The position numbers and the translations under genes are program-made. Below the pieces are notes generated by a model, which saw only the letters and a program-made list of their open reading frames with translations, had not been told where the DNA came from and searched no databases. DNA of 64,000 nucleotides from assembly GCA_035403785.1 (NCBI GenBank), contig DAONFW010000003.1:14009-78008 (forward strand). Reading direction: 5' to 3'. Shown piece by piece: positions 57,515-64,000 of the stretch; the first letter of the stretch is position 1, and every line of letters begins with the position of its first letter. The stretch comes from Minisyncoccota bacterium. GTDB taxonomy: Bacteria > Patescibacteriota > Minisyncoccia > Phycocordibacterales > UBA9973.

Positions 57515-59041
57515 TTATAAATTCACTTTCGGCCTATACTGTATCGCTTCTAATATATGATTAGCTGTAATATCTTCAGAATCTTCTAGATCAGCAATTG
57601 TTCTAGCTAGTTTGATTACTCTATGATAAGCGCGAGCAGAAAGTGCAAGCTGTTCTGCGCTAGTATCTAAAAGATTTCTCACTTCGTCAGAAAGATGTAC
57701 TAAATCAGATAAATCTTTTACATTCATTTCGCTGTTTGTTTTTATATCTCTATTATTTTTTCCAAATCTTTCTTTCTGAATTTTTCTCGCTTTAATTATT
57801 CTGTCTTTTATATTTTCACTTTTTTCTCCCGTAGCATCGTCACCTAATTTTTTATAATCAATATCACTTACAGAAACCCATAAATCTATTCTGTCCATAA
57901 TTGGTCCCGAAAGTTTTCTTTTATATCTATCAAGATCAGACGGTTTGCAAATACAGCTTTTTTTCTTTGCACCAGCATTGCCACATGGGCATGGATTCAT
58001 CGCAGCAACCAAAATAAAATTTGTAGGAAATACAGCTGAACCTTTTGCTCTGGAAATGCAAACTATGTTGTCTTCAAGCGGCTGACGTAAAGATTCTATT
58101 ACTCTTTTATCAAATTCTGGAAACTCATCTAGAAACAAAACGCCTCTATGCGCCAAAGTCACTTCGCCTGGTTTTGGAAAAGTTCCACCACCAATCAGTG
58201 AAACGTATGAAGAAGTATGATGCGGTGCGCGAAACGGAGAAACAGAAACTAACTCTCCCTGCGTTACACCAGCTACAGAATGAATTCCTGTTATTTCTAG
58301 TACTTCTTCCGGAGACAAATCTGGCAACAAACCAGCAAAAGCTCTAGCTAGCATTGTTTTTCCAGTCCCGGGTGGTCCGTACATCGCAATATTGTGCCCA
58401 CCAGCCGCCGCAATTTCCAAACCACGTTTTGCGCCTTCTTGTCCTCTAATATCAGAAAAATCTGCGCTTTTCATTTCTCTTTCATAATTAATTTCTGTTT
58501 TTAGTTGTACAGAAATCTGTGAAACACCAGAAAGATGTTTTACAACTTCTGTTAAACTCCCAACGGGAAAGATTTTTATGCCATCTATCAGCGCCGCTTC
58601 TATTGCGTTATCTTTTGGTAAATAAACTTCTTCAAACCCCTGAGCTTTTGCCTCTTGCACGAGCGGCAACGCGCCTCTGATACTTCTTAATGTTCCATCA
58701 AGCCCCAATTCACCTAAAAATATTTTCTTTTCTGGATCAAATTTCAAATCACCGGAAGCAAGCATATAAGCAAGCGCTATACCCAAATCAAAAAATGGCC
58801 CCTCTTTTTTTAAATCAGCTGGTGAAAGTGAAACAACTATTTTTTGATTTTTTGCTTTAGGAGAAACAAAACCAGAATTTTTGATAGCCGAACTAACTCT
58901 ATCTTTTGATTCATCCACTGCTTTGTCGGGCAAGCCAACAACATTAAAAGCGTGCAAACCACGCGACAAATCAACTTCGATTGTAACAATCTGCCCTTTA
59001 AGCAGATTTACTTGTGCTGAGTAAACTCTAGCGAAACTCAT
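57515..59041 (-). CDS. comM: YifB/ComM-family Mg-chelatase-like AAA+ ATPase (competence protein ComM)
   Basis: N-terminal Lon-like/ChlI domain; Walker A GPPGTGKTM; C-terminal Mg_chelatase_C. Confidence 0.9.
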   Translation of the reverse strand: MSFARVYSAQVNLLKGQIVTIEVDLSRGLHAFNVVGLPDKAVDESKDRVSSAIKNSGFVSPKAKNQKIVVSLSPADLKKEGPFFDLGIALAYMLASGDLKFDPEKKIFLGELGLDGTLRSIRGALPLVQEAKAQGFEEVYLPKDNAIEAALIDGIKIFPVGSLTEVVKHLSGVSQISVQLKTEINYEREMKSADFSDIRGQEGAKRGLEIAAAGGHNIAMYGPPGTGKTMLARAFAGLLPDLSPEEVLEITGIHSVAGVTQGELVSVSPFRAPHHTSSYVSLIGGGTFPKPGEVTLAHRGVLFLDEFPEFDKRVIESLRQPLEDNIVCISRAKGSAVFPTNFILVAAMNPCPCGNAGAKKKSCICKPSDLDRYKRKLSGPIMDRIDLWVSVSDIDYKKLGDDATGEKSENIKDRIIKARKIQKERFGKNNRDIKTNSEMNVKDLSDLVHLSDEVRNLLDTSAEQLALSARAYHRVIKLARTIADLEDSEDITANHILEAIQYRPKVNL

Positions 59042-59122
59042 ATTTTAGTTTTTAGATTTTAGATTTTAATTAAAATTAAATTAACCAGAAAAATTATTCT
59101 TTTATTCTCGATTCCTTATTCT

Positions 59123-59479
59123 TTATTCTTCCAAATGCTTTTTGCAAGTCTGAGCGGAAGGATTCACTTCTAGTCTAGATTTCTCTATATCTTTTTTACA
59201 AACTTTACACTTACCAAAACTAACTTTATTCAAATTCTTCAAAGTTTCCAAAATAGCTTTCAACCTTTGCTCCAAAACATCTATCATTGAACTTTTTGCT
59301 TCAAAATCTTCAAACCTGTCAGCCATATCATTTGGATCTGATTCAGGTGTAGTGATTTCTTCAGGAACAGCTTCCCAATCTCCTGTTTCTGGGTTTAGCT
59401 TTCCCATATCTCTCATTTGTTCTAATAAAGTATCACGTTCTTTTTCTAATTTTTCTTTAATTTTTTTCTTGTCTAACAT
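59123..59479 (-). CDS. DksA/TraR-family C4-type zinc-finger protein
   Basis: Coiled-coil N-terminus; C-terminal CKVCKKDI...AQTCKKH four-Cys finger. Confidence 0.7.
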   Translation of the reverse strand: MLDKKKIKEKLEKERDTLLEQMRDMGKLNPETGDWEAVPEEITTPESDPNDMADRFEDFEAKSSMIDVLEQRLKAILETLKNLNKVSFGKCKVCKKDIEKSRLEVNPSAQTCKKHLEE

Positions 59480-59546
59480 GGCTAAATTATAGCTTATTTA
59501 AATTAAGTAAAGCAAAAAAGTTATCCCCAGAATCTCTATTTGTTTT

Positions 59547-60500
59547 TTACTTCTTAACCTGGCTAGCAGCAAGACGGAGCATTACTTCTTTTGTCGTATT
59601 TTCTGAATTAGTTATTAAGACAGAAGTATTGTTTGCATAAACATACATTAAGACTATTTTCCCGTCATTATCTCGCAAAATTCTAGCATTTTTGTTTTGA
59701 ACTATTCCGTCTTCAAAGTCTTTTGTCAGTAAATAATTAGTATCCGCATTTATCGGCACACCAAAAAATCCATGCAAATCAAAAAACATTTTGTATTCCC
59801 AAGCTTTCATCGCTTGAAAAATGTCACTCATTGAGCGATTTTGTAACAAAATAAACAAATTCTTTTCACTGCCGTCTGGTGAAACATTATTTAATACATT
59901 AGAAACCCCAATCAAATAATTATCACTTAAAAAAGTAGCTTTTTCTAGTGGCAAATTTCCACTGATTAAATTTATCAATTCTCTAAAACCAATAATTTTA
60001 TTATCTTGAGTTAAGTAAATTCCTTCTATTCCGCCAACTTTTACATCTGTAGCTTTAGTTCTAACGTAGACAGACTGAGCTATTTTGTCTTTGGTTAAAC
60101 CAGCAACATTAATATAACTTGTCTTGTCTAAAAAAATCATTGGTGTAAATTTTGGTTGGACTGGAGCCGTCAAAGTGTTCTTTCTATAAGCATTAATCCA
60201 AAAGAAGACACCAATAGCCGAGAAAAATAACAAAATACTTACAATAACAAAAACTTTATTTTTGTTGCTCGTCAAAGATTTATTTTTTTCTTCAGCTTCT
60301 TTCTGCTCTTGTTCTTCTATCAATCTATGAATTACACCACCTTGTCCAGTTTCCAAAACCTTTGCCATATCATCGGCAAAAGTCTGCGCTTTCACTTTTG
60401 GGACAAAATTTGCCGAATTTACTGTTTGTGTGTTTTCTTTATTTTCTTGATTTATTGGATTTTCTATTTTTACTTCTGAGTTTGAATTATTTTCAGACAT
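59547..60500 (-). CDS. Hypothetical single-pass membrane protein
   Basis: Start at ATG 60500, directly after a TATAAT (leaderless pattern); TM VFVIVSILLFFSAIGVFFWI. Confidence 0.5.
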   Translation of the reverse strand: MSENNSNSEVKIENPINQENKENTQTVNSANFVPKVKAQTFADDMAKVLETGQGGVIHRLIEEQEQKEAEEKNKSLTSNKNKVFVIVSILLFFSAIGVFFWINAYRKNTLTAPVQPKFTPMIFLDKTSYINVAGLTKDKIAQSVYVRTKATDVKVGGIEGIYLTQDNKIIGFRELINLISGNLPLEKATFLSDNYLIGVSNVLNNVSPDGSEKNLFILLQNRSMSDIFQAMKAWEYKMFFDLHGFFGVPINADTNYLLTKDFEDGIVQNKNARILRDNDGKIVLMYVYANNTSVLITNSENTTKEVMLRLAASQVKK

Positions 60501-60578
60501 GTTTATATTATAGCAGAAAATTAAATTGCCACCTCGCTCGAAAGACAAGATGGCAATTTAATTTTTATTTTAATTTTA

Positions 60579-62714
60579 TTAATTTGAAATTTTATTAAGT
60601 GGATTTTTGAAAAAATCTTTATCTGCTTCTTTAATAGAAAGTCCCAGTTTACCATTTTCAGGATCTACTTTAATAACTTTCACAGGCACTATCATACCTT
60701 CTTTTATTAAGTCTTTGACTTTTTCTACTCGAAACGGAGCAAGTTCTGAAATATGCACCATACCATCAGTGGATGGATTCAATCTAACAAAAGCACCGAA
60801 GTCTGCTATTCTGACAACTTCACCTTTCAACATTTCACCAACTTTGAACTCATGAGTCATCTCTTCTATGATTTGTTTTGCTTTTTCTGCTGACCCATTC
60901 TTTCCAGTTAAGTAAACTTTTCCGTCATCTTCAATAGTAATTTCTGCTCCGGTTTTTTCTTTTATATCTTTAATAGTTTTACCGCCAGCACCGATAACTA
61001 GACCAATTTGATCTTGTTTAATTCTGATGATCAAAATCTTTGGAGCATTTTCAGAAATCTCTGCGCGTGGAGCTGCGATTTCTTTTGTAATTCTTTCTAG
61101 AATTTTTAATCTTGCTTCTTTAGACTGTCGCATAGCTTCGCCAAGAATTTTTACTGGCACACCTTCTACTTTCACATCAAGTTGAATTGCAGTCACGCCA
61201 TCTTTTGTTCCAGCAACTTTGAAATCCATATCACCATGATGGTCTTCTGGTCCCTGAATGTCAGTCAAAACTTTATATTTATTTTCTGACTCATACATGA
61301 GTCCCATTGCAATTCCGGCAACTGGCGCTTTTATCGGTACACCACCATCCATGAGCGCAAGTGTACTACCACAAATAGAAGCTTGTGAAGTAGAACCGTT
61401 AGATGCCATTGATTCAGAAACAATTCTGATCGTGTATGGAAATTCTTCGACAGAAGGCAAAACCATCGCGATCGCTTTTTCAGCTAATGCACCATGTCCA
61501 ACTTCTCTTCTGTTTGTGCTTCCCATTCTGCCAACTTCACCAGCTGAATACGGTGGAAAGTTATAATGATGCATAAATCTTTTTTCCATCTGAACTTGCA
61601 AACCATCAACAGTGTATCTTTCTTCTGGTCCGCCCAAAGTCAAAACTGAAAGCACGTGTGTGCCACCTCGGTAAAAAATTCCAGAACCGTGCAAAACAGA
61701 AGAAACTCCCCCAGCTTGCGCATACAAATCTCGAAATTCATCCATTTTTCTTCCGTCTGGTCTTCTGTCTTCGTGCACAGCTTTTTCGTGAATCAAACTG
61801 TTTTCTGTTTCATCAAATAAGTCATCTTCTAAAGTAAAATCTTTTCTATCAGTGCCAGCAAAAGTTTCTTTTACTAATTTATTCCATTCATTATGAAGCG
61901 CGTCTATTTCTTTTTTACCTGGTCCTGAAAAAATAGCAGCTTCCATTTTTGGCAAAATTTTCTCGTTAAATAATTTAACAGATTCTTCAGAAATATTTTC
62001 TTTTTCTATTACTCTTTTTTCTTTACCAATTTCTTTTACTATTTCTTTCTGCCAATTTTCTAATTTTGTAATTTCCAAACTTGCTTGATTTAGAGCATCT
62101 TCAAGTTCTTGTTCTTCAGTCTGATGCGCAGATGCTTCGATCATATTTACATTTCCTGCCTTTCCACAAACTGTTAAATCAAACTTATACATGTCGTCTT
62201 TTTCTCTCAACTTATATGAAGGATTTACAGTCAAAGCATCACTATCATATTTTCCAATTCTCACTGCGCCGACTGGTCCAGCCCATGGGATATCAGAAAC
62301 TGCAAGCGCCAAAGAAGCCGCGTTCACTGCAAGAATAGTCGGGTCATTATCATCAACAGAAAGTACAGTTACAATAACTTGCACTGCGTGTCTGATAGAT
62401 TGATCAAAAAGCGGACGTAAAGTTCTGTCTACAACTCTACAAGCCAAGACAGCTTCTTCTGATGGTTTTCCTTCTCTTCTTGTGAAACGTGATCCGAGAA
62501 TTTTTCCTGCTGCGTAAAACTTTTCTACATAATCTACTGTTAAATTAAAAAAACCTAAACCTTCTTGTTTGTCTTTCGACATACAAGCGGTTGCAAGCAC
62601 GATAGTTTCACCGTATTTGAGTAACACGGCTCCATGTGCTTGATCTGCTAAATCTGAGAAAATAGCAGTCATTTTTTTGCCGCCAATTTCTAATGTGTAT
62701 TCTTTTTGTTTCAT
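60579..62714 (-). CDS. pnp: Polynucleotide phosphorylase
   Basis: Two RNase PH domains, KH (GKTIKDIKEKTGAEI) and S1 (GEVVRIADFGAFV) domains; 711 aa. Confidence 0.95.
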   Translation of the reverse strand: MKQKEYTLEIGGKKMTAIFSDLADQAHGAVLLKYGETIVLATACMSKDKQEGLGFFNLTVDYVEKFYAAGKILGSRFTRREGKPSEEAVLACRVVDRTLRPLFDQSIRHAVQVIVTVLSVDDNDPTILAVNAASLALAVSDIPWAGPVGAVRIGKYDSDALTVNPSYKLREKDDMYKFDLTVCGKAGNVNMIEASAHQTEEQELEDALNQASLEITKLENWQKEIVKEIGKEKRVIEKENISEESVKLFNEKILPKMEAAIFSGPGKKEIDALHNEWNKLVKETFAGTDRKDFTLEDDLFDETENSLIHEKAVHEDRRPDGRKMDEFRDLYAQAGGVSSVLHGSGIFYRGGTHVLSVLTLGGPEERYTVDGLQVQMEKRFMHHYNFPPYSAGEVGRMGSTNRREVGHGALAEKAIAMVLPSVEEFPYTIRIVSESMASNGSTSQASICGSTLALMDGGVPIKAPVAGIAMGLMYESENKYKVLTDIQGPEDHHGDMDFKVAGTKDGVTAIQLDVKVEGVPVKILGEAMRQSKEARLKILERITKEIAAPRAEISENAPKILIIRIKQDQIGLVIGAGGKTIKDIKEKTGAEITIEDDGKVYLTGKNGSAEKAKQIIEEMTHEFKVGEMLKGEVVRIADFGAFVRLNPSTDGMVHISELAPFRVEKVKDLIKEGMIVPVKVIKVDPENGKLGLSIKEADKDFFKNPLNKISN

Positions 62715-62870
62715 CCCGTTAGAGATAGAGAATCTTTAGATTCTCGTACCTTAATTTATAATTTATCGACTAAATAAATTTTTCTATTAATTTAATTCAC
62801 ATAATCCCATTAAACCATCTAATCTCTAACGGGATTCATACTTTTTTCTTCTGTTTCACAGAACAGAAGG
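62715..62870 (-). promoter_or_regulatory. Structured pnp 5' leader: a 12-nt sequence abutting the start codon pairs with an upstream complement; internal hairpins
   Basis: CCCGTTAGAGAT(62715-62726) and exact reverse complement ATCTCTAACGGG(62822-62833); GAGAATCT-TTA-GATTCTC(62735-62752); CTTCTGTT-TCACAG-AACAGAAG(62848-62869). Confidence 0.4.
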
Positions 62871-63043
62871 TTTAGTTCGTATCCAGACTTTAGTATTGAA
62901 ACATTTTTTGTTTCACTACTTTGTGTCCGAACGCGAACTGATTAACTTATAATTTCTAAGCTTATATTAGCATTTATAAAGCAAAAAGCAAAAGCCTCAT
63001 GACGTGTGTCAAAGAGACTTTTGTTGTTGTTTTTATTAAATTT

Positions 63044-63550
63044 TTATTTAACTCCCATCAAATACTTTTTTGGATTCTCAGACATGTCCACAAAATCATC
63101 TGCTGTTTCACGAAGTTTTGCAGAAGTAGATTTTCCAAAAGACATTACTTCTACCTGCGTCATTGTTTGCAAATATTGCACCAACGGCACGAAGTCTCCG
63201 TCACCGGAAACTATTACAATAGTGTCGAGTCTTGGCGCTGTCTTGATAGCATCAACTGCTAGTCCAACATCCCAATCTCCTTTCTTTGTCCCTGTATGAA
63301 AAATCTGCAAATCTTTTGTTTTAGTTTCAATTCCTAATTTTGTTAATGCTTCAAAAAAATGTTTTTCTTCACCCGTTTCTGTTGTGATAACATATGCAAC
63401 TGCATGCACTAATTTTCTACCGGCAACAGCTTCTTTCAAAACCGCACCAAAATTCACTCTCGCTTTATACAAATTTCTTGCGCTGTGATACAAATTTTGT
63501 GTATCTATAAAAACTCCAACGCGTTGTTCTTTATGTTTAATTACTGTCAT
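63044..63550 (-). CDS. NYN-domain (LabA-like) protein, predicted RNase-fold
   Basis: From ATG 63550: MTVIKHKEQRVGVFIDTQNLYHSA...IVSGDGDFVPLVQYL matches the LabA/NYN PF01936 pattern. Located between rpsO and pnp. Confidence 0.72.
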   Translation of the reverse strand: MTVIKHKEQRVGVFIDTQNLYHSARNLYKARVNFGAVLKEAVAGRKLVHAVAYVITTETGEEKHFFEALTKLGIETKTKDLQIFHTGTKKGDWDVGLAVDAIKTAPRLDTIVIVSGDGDFVPLVQYLQTMTQVEVMSFGKSTSAKLRETADDFVDMSENPKKYLMGVK

Positions 63551-63619
63551 ATTATTTTGTTTATTTAAATTCAAATATTATTTTTTAAATCTCGACCTTT
63601 TTTTATTATATCATCTACA

Positions 63620-63658
63620 ATGAAAATAAAAATTGCTCTAACTTAGTAGAGCAATTTT
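63620..63658 (-). terminator. Rho-independent terminator after rpsO
   Basis: ATTGCTCTA-ACTTAG-TAGAGCAAT followed on the minus strand by TTTTTATTTTCA. Confidence 0.6.
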
Positions 63659-63669
63659 TGTAAAACAAA

Positions 63670-63933
63670 TTATTTTAGATCCATCTTCTTCACTAGAGCT
63701 TCGTATCGTGCTTTATCTTTTCTTTGCAAATACTTCAAGTGAGCTCTTCGATCTGCAACCATTTTGATAAGACCTCTGCGTGAATGATTATCTTTTTTGT
63801 GTTTCTTTAAGTGCTTTGCCAATTCATCAATTCTTGCAGATAAAACAGCGACCTGCACTTCAGATGAGCCAGTGTCTTTGTCATGAACTTGGTGTTTCTT
63901 AATAACTGTTTGTTTTTTCTTTGTAGCTAACAT
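63670..63933 (-). CDS. rpsO: 30S ribosomal protein S15
   Basis: ...GSSEVQVAVLSARIDELAKHLKKHKKDNHSRRGLIKMVADRRAHLKYL... S15 signature. Confidence 0.92.
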   Translation of the reverse strand: MLATKKKQTVIKKHQVHDKDTGSSEVQVAVLSARIDELAKHLKKHKKDNHSRRGLIKMVADRRAHLKYLQRKDKARYEALVKKMDLK

Positions 63934-64000
63934 GTTCTACATACTAACATAAAGTTATAATTTTCGCAAGTATCAACAAAACTAGCCAACTTTTATAAAA

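Noticed and set aside
63006-63299. Plus-strand ORFs 62999..63262 and 63006..63299
   Set aside because: They overlap the NYN-domain gene on the opposite strand and the pnp leader, and have no homology features. They are most likely antisense artefacts.
1-64000. CRISPR arrays, transposases/integrases, tRNA or rRNA genes
   Set aside because: I found no regularly spaced direct repeats. No ORF shows DDE or tyrosine-recombinase motifs. No cloverleaf-like GTTCGA-type T-arms turned up in the intergenic regions I inspected. A tRNA scan is still advisable, because by-eye detection is weak.

Overview
This 64 kb window is AT-rich (roughly one-third GC by eye) and densely packed with small housekeeping genes. 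By inference it comes from a reduced-genome bacterium with a Candidate Phyla Radiation / Patescibacteria-like gene repertoire. I can support about 60 CDSs.

Recognisable genes, by function:
- Cell division, translation and RNA turnover: ftsK, efp, rpsR-ssb-rpsF, metG, glyQS, ileS, argS, nusA, tig-clpP, rny, hup, rpsO-NYN-pnp.
- Recombination and DNA uptake: recA, ssb, recO, recJ, tatD, comM, a ComEC split into two genes (membrane channel and MBL nuclease), and a type IV pilus cluster (pilB, pilC, three prepilins, a PilX-like protein).
- Central metabolism and membrane energetics: pgk, tpiA, glyA, sodA, dut, tmk, NUDIX, HIT, HAD, and a membrane H+/Na+ pyrophosphatase (hppA).
- Several secreted or cell-surface proteins that carry tryptophan-rich tandem repeats, peptidoglycan-binding domains, or a DUF1566 domain.

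No rRNA, tRNA, CRISPR array, transposase or integrase was recognised.

The RNA-level features are the most unusual part of the window:
- A roughly 105-115 nt element made of four consecutive GC-rich hairpins occurs twice (2289-2403 and 10046-10149). Each hairpin is built from Shine-Dalgarno-like GGAGG and anti-SD-like CCTCC arms. The two copies show a compensatory change in hairpin 3. Read on the minus strand, each copy sits directly 5' of a gene, one DUF559 endonuclease-like and one winged-helix protein.
- The same genome otherwise looks SD-poor, with several obviously leaderless promoters.
- ileS has a clear T-box leader.
- The IleRS protein carries a roughly 200-aa histidine-phosphatase (PGAM-like) domain inserted in its catalytic core.
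- A G11/C11 homopolymer inside a GC hairpin lies in the promoter region of a secreted repeat protein.
- pnp and rpsF have structured leaders.
- A compositionally GC-rich lipoprotein gene lies between the two ComEC halves.

Every call is based on reading translated motifs and sequence by eye. No database searches or computations were run.
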